Part shown: positions 34,798 to 42,952 of the stretch, in pieces
Layout of the letters: each line of letters begins with the position of its first letter
Position numbering within the stretch: the first letter of the stretch is position 1
DNA from: an uncultured Planktotalea sp.
GTDB lineage: Bacteria; Pseudomonadota; Alphaproteobacteria; Rhodobacterales; Rhodobacteraceae
Direction of reading: 5' to 3'
Assembly (NCBI GenBank): GCA_965367685.1
Contig: CBDUJY010000006.1
Coordinates: 92,773 to 156,772, forward strand
Length of the DNA stretch: 64,000 nucleotides
Notes under the pieces: model-generated
Told to the model about the DNA's origin: nothing
Databases searched by the model: none
The model's input: the letters and a program-made list of their open reading frames with translations, nothing else
Position numbers and translations under genes: made by a program

Positions 34798-37700
34798 ATG
34801 GGCAAGCCAGAAATCACACTGAATGATCGTTTTGATCTTACCAAAACTCAGGTTTTGTTGAACGGAACCCAGGCCTTGGTGCGCCTGATGCTGATGCAAA
34901 AGGCCCGAGATGAGGCCGCAGGGCTGAACACCGCGGGCTATGTCACCGGATATCGCGGATCCCCGCTTGGGGCGGTGGATTTGTGGATGGGGCGATCCAA
35001 TAAGGTGCTGAAAGAAAACGATGTTCTTTTTCATCCGGGTCTGAACGAAGACTTGGCAGCCACAGCCCTTTGGGGCAGCCAACAGGCAGAATTGCGCGGC
35101 GAAGGCGCCCATGATGGGGTCTTTGGTCTGTGGTATGGCAAGGGTCCCGGCGTGGATCGCACCGGCGACGTGATGCGGCACGCCAATATGGCCGGATCTT
35201 CCCCGCATGGCGGCGTGCTGATGGCGATGGGCGATGACCATACTGGCGAAAGCTCCACCGTGTTGCACCAATCTGACTGGGCGATGGTTGATGCCTATAT
35301 TCCGGTATTGTCCCCAGCAGGTGTGCAGGAAATCCTTGATTTTGGCGTTTATGGCTATGGGCTTAGCCGTTTTGCCGGCGTCTGGGCCGGTCTGAAAGTG
35401 ATGAAAGACACGGTTGAGGCAACATCCGTGGTGGATGGTCGCCCGGACCGAATGCAGCTTGTCACCCCAGATTTTGACATGCCCGAGGGCGGCTTGAACA
35501 TTCGCCTGATGGATGACCGTATCCCGCAAGAAGCGCGCATGATTGATTACAAGCGCTTCGCAGCCGAGGCGTATGCCCGCGCCAACCGCATTGACCGGCG
35601 CGTTTGGGGCAAGCCCGGTGCCAAAATCGGTTTTGTCGCGGCGGGTAAAAACTGGCTTGATCTGGTGCATGCGCTGAACCTGTTGGGCATTGATGACAAT
35701 GAGGCTGAACGCCTTGGCATCACCACTTATAAGGTCGGCCAAACCTTCCCGTTGGATATGCAAAGCTTTGAGGAATGGGCCGAGGGTCTTGATCTGGTTG
35801 TGGTGGTTGAAGAAAAGCGCAAGCTGATCGAAGTGCAGATCAAAGAAGCGCTGTTTGACAATCGTCAGGGCCGCCGCGTTTTCGGCTGGCACAAGGGCGA
35901 TCTGTGGGAAGACGGCAAACGGGTAGAGCTGTTCCCGACCCGCTACGCGCTTGATCCGATGATGATTGCCGAAAAACTGGGTGATATCTTGATCGAAGAG
36001 GGGCGCGGCACCGATGCGGTCAAAGCCGGTATTGATCAAATTATGCAAGCGAAACAGGCGGATAACGCGCCGGATATTGCCGCGCGCCTGCCGTTTTTCT
36101 GCTCAGGCTGCCCGCATAACACCTCGACGAAAGTGCCTGAGGGCACGCGTGCTTACGCCGGTATTGGCTGTCATTACATGGTGCAATGGATGGACCGTTC
36201 GACCACTGGGTTCACCCAGATGGGTGGTGAAGGGGCCAATTGGATCGGCGAGGCACCGTTTTCCACCACCGAGCATGTGTTCCAGAACCTAGGCGACGGG
36301 ACCTATAACCACTCGGGTATTCTGGCGCTTCGGGCCGCTTTGGCCTCAGACGCCAATATCACCTATAAAATCCTTTATAATGATGCGGTTGCCATGACCG
36401 GCGGTCAGGAAAACGAAGGTGGTTTGGACGCCGTGCGCATTGCGCGCGAAGTGCAGGCGGCGGGCGTGGATCACATCGCGCTGGTTTATGACGACAAGGA
36501 AGATGTGGATCTTTCGGCCTTCCCCAAGGGCCTGACCCATCACACCCGCGATGAGCTGTTGGCGGTTGAGCAAAAGTTTAGCAAAATCAAAGGCGTGTCT
36601 GTGATCCTTTATATCCAGACCTGTGCGGCGGAAAAACGGCGCCGGCGCAAGCGGGGGCTTTTCCCTGATCCGGACAAACGTATTTTCATCAACCCAGACA
36701 TTTGCGAAGGTTGCGGCGATTGCGGCGTGCAATCCAATTGTGTGTCGATTGTGCCGTTGGAAACCGAACTGGGCCGCAAACGTGCGATTGACCAATCAAG
36801 CTGTAACAAAGACTTCAGCTGCGTAAACGGCTTTTGCCCCAGCTTTGTGTCTGTCTCGGGGGCCAAGGTGAAAAAGGCGGCGACGGCTGAACTTGATTTG
36901 CCCGACATGCCCATGCCCGCGCTGCCCGCCATCAACGGCACCTTCAACACGGTGATCACCGGGGTTGGCGGCACCGGTGTTGTGACGATTGGTGCTATTT
37001 TGGCGCAAGCGGCGCATATTGATGGCAAGGGCGCTGGCATGATGGAAATGGCGGGGCTGGCGCAAAAAGGCGGGGCCGTCACCGTGCATTTACGCCTTGC
37101 GGAAAAACCTGACGACATTTCGGCCATCCGCGTGGCGACAGGTGAATGTGACGCGCTGATTGGGTGTGATTTGGTGGTCTCGGCGGCCTCGACCACGCTT
37201 GGCCTGACCAAGACAGATCGTACAGGTGCGATTGTCGACAGCCATGAAACTGTGACCGGGGAATTCACCCGCGACAAAGATTTCACCATCCCCGGCGATC
37301 GTTTGCAATTGTCGCTTGAGGCGCGCTTGCGCGACCGGGTCAGCCTGTTTGACGCAACCGAACTTGCCCGCATTTTGATGGGCGACAGCATCTTTTCCAA
37401 CATGATGGTGCTGGGGGCCAGCTGGCAGGCGGGCCTTGTGCCGCTGACGTTTGAGGCGTTGATGCACGCGATTGATCTGAATGGCCAAGCGCCCGACCGC
37501 AACAAGCGCGCCTTTGACATTGGGCGCTGGGCCTATTTGCATCCTGCTGAGGCCGATGGCTATGTGGATGCAGACGTTGTTGAACTGCCTAAAACGCTTG
37601 AGGAAAAGATCGCGTTCCGGGTGGATCATCTGACCAAATATCAAGATGCGGCCTATGCCGATCGCTACACATCTTTGGTGGCGAAGATGCCCGAAGAGCT

Positions 37701-38214
37701 GCGCGAGGCGGTGGCGATGGGGTATCATAAGCTATTGGCCTATAAAGATGAATACGAGGTGGCGCGCCTGATCTGTGACACCCGCGCCAAGGCTGAGGCG
37801 GAGTTTGATGGCGATCTAACCCTGAGCTATCACATGGCGCCTCCGATCCTTGGTGGGTTGGATGCCAATGGTCGTCCGAAGAAACGCGAATTTGGCGCGT
37901 GGTTTGCCAAGCTGGCGCCGATGCTGGCGCGGATGAAATCGCTGCGCGGCACGTCGTTTGATCTGTTTGGTCGCACCGAAGAACGCAAGATGGAACGGGC
38001 TTTGATTGCGCAATATGAGGCGGATATCGCAGAGGTGATGACGCTGTTGACGGCGGACAACCGGTCCACTGCGCAGGCTTTGGCGGAATTGCCGCTTGAG
38101 ATCCGTGGCTTTGGCCCGGTAAAGGCCGAAAACGCGGCAAAAGCGGCAAAAACCCGTGAGGCTCTGTTAGCAAGTTTGCGCGAAGGATCTGGTGCAAAAT
38201 ACGCCGCTGAATAG
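34798..38214 (+). CDS. Indolepyruvate:ferredoxin oxidoreductase family protein (fused alpha/beta)
   Basis: Trimmed to MGKPEITLNDRFDL with a GGGAGGG RBS. About 1138 aa. TPP-binding region plus ferredoxin-like Cys clusters (CEGCGDCGVQSNC, CNKDFSCVNGFCPSF). Confidence 0.88.
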   Translation: MGKPEITLNDRFDLTKTQVLLNGTQALVRLMLMQKARDEAAGLNTAGYVTGYRGSPLGAVDLWMGRSNKVLKENDVLFHPGLNEDLAATALWGSQQAELRGEGAHDGVFGLWYGKGPGVDRTGDVMRHANMAGSSPHGGVLMAMGDDHTGESSTVLHQSDWAMVDAYIPVLSPAGVQEILDFGVYGYGLSRFAGVWAGLKVMKDTVEATSVVDGRPDRMQLVTPDFDMPEGGLNIRLMDDRIPQEARMIDYKRFAAEAYARANRIDRRVWGKPGAKIGFVAAGKNWLDLVHALNLLGIDDNEAERLGITTYKVGQTFPLDMQSFEEWAEGLDLVVVVEEKRKLIEVQIKEALFDNRQGRRVFGWHKGDLWEDGKRVELFPTRYALDPMMIAEKLGDILIEEGRGTDAVKAGIDQIMQAKQADNAPDIAARLPFFCSGCPHNTSTKVPEGTRAYAGIGCHYMVQWMDRSTTGFTQMGGEGANWIGEAPFSTTEHVFQNLGDGTYNHSGILALRAALASDANITYKILYNDAVAMTGGQENEGGLDAVRIAREVQAAGVDHIALVYDDKEDVDLSAFPKGLTHHTRDELLAVEQKFSKIKGVSVILYIQTCAAEKRRRRKRGLFPDPDKRIFINPDICEGCGDCGVQSNCVSIVPLETELGRKRAIDQSSCNKDFSCVNGFCPSFVSVSGAKVKKAATAELDLPDMPMPALPAINGTFNTVITGVGGTGVVTIGAILAQAAHIDGKGAGMMEMAGLAQKGGAVTVHLRLAEKPDDISAIRVATGECDALIGCDLVVSAASTTLGLTKTDRTGAIVDSHETVTGEFTRDKDFTIPGDRLQLSLEARLRDRVSLFDATELARILMGDSIFSNMMVLGASWQAGLVPLTFEALMHAIDLNGQAPDRNKRAFDIGRWAYLHPAEADGYVDADVVELPKTLEEKIAFRVDHLTKYQDAAYADRYTSLVAKMPEELREAVAMGYHKLLAYKDEYEVARLICDTRAKAEAEFDGDLTLSYHMAPPILGGLDANGRPKKREFGAWFAKLAPMLARMKSLRGTSFDLFGRTEERKMERALIAQYEADIAEVMTLLTADNRSTAQALAELPLEIRGFGPVKAENAAKAAKTREALLASLREGSGAKYAAE

Positions 38215-38426
38215 TGCGCCCGACAAGACGCTTATCGAATGTGGCCGTGCCTATTGGGGCGCGGCCATTTTTGTATTGAAACCACAATGCTGGCTGGCTG
38301 ATGCAATCTGCCGCCTATCTTAAATCCACCATAGATTTCCGCCGAAATTCGACCTATGCCTTATGGGACAGCCCAAACCCAGTTTCGGGGGCGGAATGCG
38401 CAGGCAAAAGCAGAAGGATAAGGCTC

Positions 38427-39239
38427 ATGGCGGTAGGGATTTTCGATTCAGGATTGGGCGGATTGACGGTTCTGGATGCGGTGGCCAAGCGTCTGCCGGA
38501 TGTGGATTTCGTCTATTATGCCGACAGTGCCCACGCGCCTTACGGGGTGCGGGATGCGGATAATATCTATGATCTGACCACTCAGGCGGTGTCGGCGCTT
38601 TGGGATCAGGGCTGTGATCTGGTGATTCTGGCCTGTAACACGGCCTCTGCGGCCGCGCTTCGCCGGATGCAGGAAAGCTGGATCCCGTCAGACAAGCGTG
38701 TGCTTGGCGTGTTTGTCCCCCTCATTGAAGCGATGACCGAACGCGATTGGGGCGACAATTCCCCGCCGCGCGAGGTTGAGGTGAAGCATGTGGCCCTGTT
38801 TGCCACCCCCGCCACCGTGTCCAGCCGGGCTTTTCAGCGTGAACTCGCTTTCCGCGCCATTGGTGTGGATGTCGAAGCGCAGGCCTGCGGCGGTGTTGTT
38901 GACGCCATTGAAGACGGTGACATGATCTTGGCGGAAGCCTTGGTGAACAGCCATGTGGATGCTTTGAAACGGAAAATGCCAAACCCGCAGGCGGCCATTT
39001 TGGGTTGCACCCACTACCCGCTGATGGAAAAGGAATTCCAAGCTGCACTGGGGGACGATGTGAAAGTCTTTAGCCAGGCCAATCTTGTTGCTGACAGTTT
39101 GGCCGACTATCTGGATCGCCATCCACAAATGCGCGGCACAGGCGAGGGCAGCAAGTTCCTGACCACCGGAAACCCGGAAAAAGTGTCCAACCGCGCCACC
39201 CAGTTCTTGCGACGAAAGATCACGTTTGAAGCGGCCTGA
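38427..39239 (+). CDS. murI: Glutamate racemase
   Basis: Trimmed to [15 protein letters not shown]. Catalytic Cys motifs LACNTAS and GCTHYP. Confidence 0.92.
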   Translation: MAVGIFDSGLGGLTVLDAVAKRLPDVDFVYYADSAHAPYGVRDADNIYDLTTQAVSALWDQGCDLVILACNTASAAALRRMQESWIPSDKRVLGVFVPLIEAMTERDWGDNSPPREVEVKHVALFATPATVSSRAFQRELAFRAIGVDVEAQACGGVVDAIEDGDMILAEALVNSHVDALKRKMPNPQAAILGCTHYPLMEKEFQAALGDDVKVFSQANLVADSLADYLDRHPQMRGTGEGSKFLTTGNPEKVSNRATQFLRRKITFEAA

Positions 39240-39293
39240 TTGAAGACCGCGCGTAAAACCCTTAGATCTTTTAAAACTCGTGAGGAGGTCATG

Positions 39294-40322
39294 ATGACCC
39301 ACAAAATCGCTATTCTTGGCGCGTCTGGTTACACTGGCGCGGAACTTGTTCGGCTGATCGCCACCCATCCGTCGATGGAAATTGTTGCAATGTCCGCTGA
39401 CCGTAAGGCCGGGATGGAGATGGCCGAGGTGTATCCGCATTTGCGTCATCTGGAGCTGCCGACTTTGGTCAAAATGGAGCAGATTGATTTCTCGAACGTG
39501 GATCTGGCCTTTGCGGCCTTGCCCCATGGGTTGTCGCAGGCCTTGGTGCGTGATCTGCCGGAGCATGTGAAAGTGGTCGACCTTGGCGCCGATTTCCGGC
39601 TGCGCGATCCTGCGGAATATGAGAAATGGTACGGCGCGCCCCATGTGGCCACGGAACTGCAAAAAACCGCTGTTTACGGCCTGACCGAGTTTTACCGTGA
39701 AGACATCAGAAACGCACGTTTGGTGGCGGGCACAGGGTGCAACGCGGCCACGGTGCAGTTTGCGCTGAACCCCTTGATTGCCAAGGGCTTGATTGATCTT
39801 GATACGATCATTTGCGACCTGAAAAACGGGCTGTCCGGGGCCGGGCGGTCATTGAAGGAGAACATGCTGTTTGCCGAACGCTCGACCGATGTGATGGGCT
39901 ATGCGCAGGGCGGTAAACACCGGCATTTGGGCGAATTTGATCAAGAGTTCTCAAAGCTTGCGGGCCGTGATGTGCGCATCATCTTCACCCCGCATCTGGT
40001 GCCGGTCAATCGCGGCATTTTGGCGGATTGCTATGTGCGCGGCGATGCGGCTGAAATACACGCGGGACTTGTTGACGCGTATCAAGACGAGCCATTTGTG
40101 ACCGTGCTACCCATGGGGCAAATGCCCGGCATGGGGCAGGTGGCGGGATCGAATCAATGCCATATTGGCGTGGTTGCGGATCGGATTTCGGGGCGCGCGA
40201 TGGTGGTCTCGGCGCTGGATAACTTGTGCAAAGGCTCCTCTGGGCAAGCGATGCAAAACGCGAACCTGATGCTGGGCGAAGATGAAACCACGGGGCTGAT
40301 GTTGGCGCCGATTTTCCCTTAA
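39294..40322 (+). CDS. argC: N-acetyl-gamma-glutamyl-phosphate reductase
   Basis: [21 protein letters not shown]. The GAGGAGG RBS favours the second ATG. GCNATAV active-site region. Confidence 0.92.
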   Translation: MTHKIAILGASGYTGAELVRLIATHPSMEIVAMSADRKAGMEMAEVYPHLRHLELPTLVKMEQIDFSNVDLAFAALPHGLSQALVRDLPEHVKVVDLGADFRLRDPAEYEKWYGAPHVATELQKTAVYGLTEFYREDIRNARLVAGTGCNAATVQFALNPLIAKGLIDLDTIICDLKNGLSGAGRSLKENMLFAERSTDVMGYAQGGKHRHLGEFDQEFSKLAGRDVRIIFTPHLVPVNRGILADCYVRGDAAEIHAGLVDAYQDEPFVTVLPMGQMPGMGQVAGSNQCHIGVVADRISGRAMVVSALDNLCKGSSGQAMQNANLMLGEDETTGLMLAPIFP

Positions 40323-40388
40323 GCCCCTTTGGGGGTTGGGATAACTGAAAAGACCCTTTTGACAAGGGATGTGAAAGGAGTGTCCCGG

Positions 40389-40841
40389 ATGGCTGGGATG
40401 AAAAACCTTAAGAAAACGCGCCGCATTCAGGTGATTGTCTTGGCTTTTGTGGCTTTGGCGATCTCAACTGGTTTGATTGGATATGCGCTTCAGGATGGAA
40501 TCAACTATTACCGTTCCCCGACCGAAGTGATTGCGGAACCGCCCGAAGAAAACGAAGTGTTTCGTATGGGGGGGCTGGTGTCCGATGGGTCCATTGTGCG
40601 CGGCCAAAGCGAAACGGTGACCTTTTCGGTGACCGATGGCGGCGAGGTGATTCCGGTCAGCTATAAGGGTGTGTTGCCTGATCTTTTTGGCGAAAACCAA
40701 GGGATGATTGGTACCGGATCATATGTGGACGGCGTGTTTGTGGCCTCGGAAATTCTGGCCAAACATGACGAAAATTACATGCCAAAAGAGGTGCTTGATA
40801 GCCTGAAAGAAACTGGCGTGTATGTGGAACCGACCTCCTGA
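40389..40841 (+). CDS. ccmE: Cytochrome c maturation heme chaperone CcmE
   Basis: AAGGAG RBS 8 nt upstream. N-terminal TM anchor and the heme-binding motif LAKHDENYMPKEV. Confidence 0.92.
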   Translation: MAGMKNLKKTRRIQVIVLAFVALAISTGLIGYALQDGINYYRSPTEVIAEPPEENEVFRMGGLVSDGSIVRGQSETVTFSVTDGGEVIPVSYKGVLPDLFGENQGMIGTGSYVDGVFVASEILAKHDENYMPKEVLDSLKETGVYVEPTS

Positions 40842-40852
40842 TTTCCACAATC

Positions 40853-40867
40853 TTAACGTAATTTAAC
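40853..40867 (+). promoter_or_regulatory. CtrA-like direct repeat TTAAC-N5-TTAAC (TTAA-N6-TTAAC) upstream of the endolysin gene
   Basis: Read directly from the sequence, 40-54 nt upstream of the ATG at 40907. The spacing is one bp shorter than canonical TTAA-N7-TTAA. Confidence 0.3.
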
Positions 40868-40906
40868 CAGCCTTATCCCCGTGTTGAACCGCGGGGAGAG
40901 GCCCGG

Positions 40907-41518
40907 ATGAAAAGCGTTGAAGAGATCGCAGATGAGATCATTGCCCGCGAAGGCGGCTATGTGAACGACCCCAGTGACCCGGGGGGGGCGACCAAATACG
41001 GTGTCACAATCCACACAATGCGCGGGCTTGGGCTTGATCTGACCGGGGACGGAAAGGTCACGACGCAGGACGTCAAGGCGCTAAGCCGCGATCAGGCGCG
41101 CGATATTTTTGTGCGTCACTATTTCAAACGTCCGCGTATCGCCGAACTGCCCCTGCCGCTTCAGGCGACGGTGTTTGATATGTATGTCAATTCTGGCGGC
41201 AATGCGGTGCGAATTTTGCAACGGCTTTTGGGCAAGATGGGCTTTCGCGCGACTGTGGATGGTGCTTTGGGGCCGCAAAGCCTGGCGGCTGCAAGATTGG
41301 CCCATGCGGCGGCACCGGACCATCTGGCGGATGCTTACGGGATCGAGCGGCGCAATTACTATTACCGGTTGGCCGATCAACGCACCGCCTCGCGCAAATA
41401 TGCGCGGCGCAAGGATGGCGGCAAGGGGGGATGGATCCGCCGGGCCGAGGAATTCATTGCGCCCAAATATCATTTTTCCAACAAAGAACACCGTGAGAGG
41501 GTCGCGAAATGGGGATAA
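40907..41518 (+). CDS. GH108-family muramidase with C-terminal peptidoglycan-binding domain (phage/GTA-type endolysin)
   Basis: 203 aa. N-terminal AREGGYVNDPSDPGGATKYGVT (GH108 signature with the catalytic Glu in EGGY) followed by a PG_binding_3-like region (LQRLLGKMGFRATVDGALGPQSL). GGAGAG RBS. Confidence 0.8.
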   Translation: MKSVEEIADEIIAREGGYVNDPSDPGGATKYGVTIHTMRGLGLDLTGDGKVTTQDVKALSRDQARDIFVRHYFKRPRIAELPLPLQATVFDMYVNSGGNAVRILQRLLGKMGFRATVDGALGPQSLAAARLAHAAAPDHLADAYGIERRNYYYRLADQRTASRKYARRKDGGKGGWIRRAEEFIAPKYHFSNKEHRERVAKWG

Positions 41519-42114
41519 TAGGATCACTTTTCAACATTCTCTTTGGGGGCGGGCGCAATGTGATCCGTGACACCGCAGAGGTGTTTGTGGAAAACCGCGA
41601 GGCGGGCGCCCTGCGCGATGTGGATCTGCACCGCGCCACGTTAGAGGCTTACGCCGCTGAATTTATGCACCCCCAGAAAGGGATGTTTGATCGGTTTATG
41701 GATGGCCTTAATCGGCTGCCGCGTCCGGCGTTGGCCTTGGGCACATTGGGGTTGTTCACGGCGGCGATGGTGGACCCCATTTGGTTCTCGGCCCGGATGC
41801 AGGGGATATCGCTTGTACCGGACCCCTTGTGGTGGCTGCTTGGCGCCATTGTCAGTTTTTATTTTGGCGCGCGACATCAGGCCAAAGGGCAGGATTTTCA
41901 ACGCTCTATCGCCACAACCTTGTCGCGCACGGATGAGGTGCGGCGCAATATCGAGGGGCTGACCGGGCAGGAGACCACAGATCAAAGCCAACCGGTTTAT
42001 GCGCCGCTTTCTTTACGTGCAGCCCCCGCCCCTCAGGCCCAACCCGTCGATACCACAGGCAATGCAGCACTTGTGGCGTGGGTTAAGTCGCGGGGGCGCA
42101 CAGGTGGGCAGTGA
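41509..42114 (+). CDS. Holin, '3TM holin for gene-transfer release' type
   Basis: 201 aa. The start overlaps the endolysin stop by 10 nt. N-terminal IIGSLFNILFGGG, RLPRPALALGTLGLFTAAMV and DPLWWLLGAIVSFYFG helices, then a long hydrophilic tail. Confidence 0.65.
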   Translation: MGIIGSLFNILFGGGRNVIRDTAEVFVENREAGALRDVDLHRATLEAYAAEFMHPQKGMFDRFMDGLNRLPRPALALGTLGLFTAAMVDPIWFSARMQGISLVPDPLWWLLGAIVSFYFGARHQAKGQDFQRSIATTLSRTDEVRRNIEGLTGQETTDQSQPVYAPLSLRAAPAPQAQPVDTTGNAALVAWVKSRGRTGGQ

Positions 42115-42298
42115 TTTGATTTTGAAACTGGTGTCCGAACACGGGCCTTGGGTTTTGTTGGTGTTTTACCTTCTGTACCGCGATTTTCAGAAAGATCAGG
42201 CAACGCGGGCAGTGCTGGATAAAAACTCATCCATCCTGATTGAGATCACCACAATCATTCGCGAACGCTTGCCAGCCGGCGGAGGGCGGGGCCGATGA
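42104..42298 (+). CDS. Hypothetical small single-pass membrane protein (about 60-64 aa)
   Basis: GTG at 42104 (or TTG at 42116) overlaps the holin stop. One TM (GPWVLLVFYLLY) and a helical tail. The stop overlaps the next ATG (ATGA). Confidence 0.5.
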   Translation: MGSDLILKLVSEHGPWVLLVFYLLYRDFQKDQATRAVLDKNSSILIEITTIIRERLPAGGGRGR

Positions 42299-42420
42299 TT
42301 TGGTTTTTTGAAATGGTGAAAGAGCTGATTTCGAACGCACAGCTGCGCCGATCAGTGGAACGAAACCAAAAGGCCGCGGCAGAGTTGGATGCGGTCGTGC
42401 GAGAGGTCTTGCAGGAATGA
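42295..42420 (+). CDS. Hypothetical 41-aa protein (MIWFFEMVKELISNAQLRRSVERNQKAAAELDAVVREVLQE)
   Basis: My own translation. ATGA overlaps at both ends tie it to the neighbouring ORFs. Too short for the ORF track. Confidence 0.4.
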   Translation: MIWFFEMVKELISNAQLRRSVERNQKAAAELDAVVREVLQE

Positions 42421-42839
42421 AACAGGCATTTGTGTTGATGATGTTGATCGCGCTGCTGTTGCAGGCGGGGTATCAATGGGCTGGCTATGATGTGGTCTAT
42501 CAAATTGGCTATGGGGCGATCACGCTGATGGGGCTGATGATCTCGCTGACATTCCTGTGGCTTTACGTGGTGCGCGCAACGCCCCTGGCACTTGGAATGG
42601 CCTACAGCTGGTCGGGGGCCAGCCTTGTTGTGGGGTGGTGGTGGATCTATTCGCTGTTGGGGGAACCCGCTTGGGCGGCGGAAAGCCCGGCGCATTTTGT
42701 GTTTGTGGCGCTTTATTTGGTTGGTGCTTTGCTACACTTTTCTGTGATCAATCGGTCGTTCGGCTGGCATGGGGCCATGTTTTTATGGCCCGTGCTAGGG
42801 GCGCTTGTTCTTTCTAGCTTGATTTACATCATGACTTGA
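42417..42839 (+). CDS. Hypothetical polytopic membrane protein (140 aa, about 4-5 TM)
   Basis: Track ORF. Trp/Tyr-rich TM helices (SLVVGWWWIYSLLG). I recognise no family. Last gene of the overlapping cassette. Confidence 0.6.
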   Translation: MKQAFVLMMLIALLLQAGYQWAGYDVVYQIGYGAITLMGLMISLTFLWLYVVRATPLALGMAYSWSGASLVVGWWWIYSLLGEPAWAAESPAHFVFVALYLVGALLHFSVINRSFGWHGAMFLWPVLGALVLSSLIYIMT

Positions 42840-42952
42840 CGGTGTGACTTGGTAAATAAGGGCGCAAACGGAATGAAAAGGCCGTGACTGGTTGCCGCAT
42901 CAATGACGCGGGGGGCTGGTCGGCCCCGGCGATAAGGACTAGACTTCGCGTC

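Noticed and set aside
34738-36048. 436-aa ORF on the - strand, and similar long shadow ORFs (54306..55592 +, 62582..63571 +, 5021..5761 -, 16928..17821 +, 38688..39662 -, 21692..22219 +)
   Set aside because: Each lies antisense to a gene with unmistakable family motifs (oxidoreductase, GS-like, pyrG, dctD, mmsA, murI/argC, gap). Each has a His/Arg/Gln-rich composition characteristic of non-coding frames.
40853-42839. Prophage remnant or mobile element call for the lysis cassette
   Set aside because: No integrase, recombinase, structural genes, flanking direct repeats or tRNA, and the composition matches the flanks. It is better described as a domesticated module than as a mobile element.
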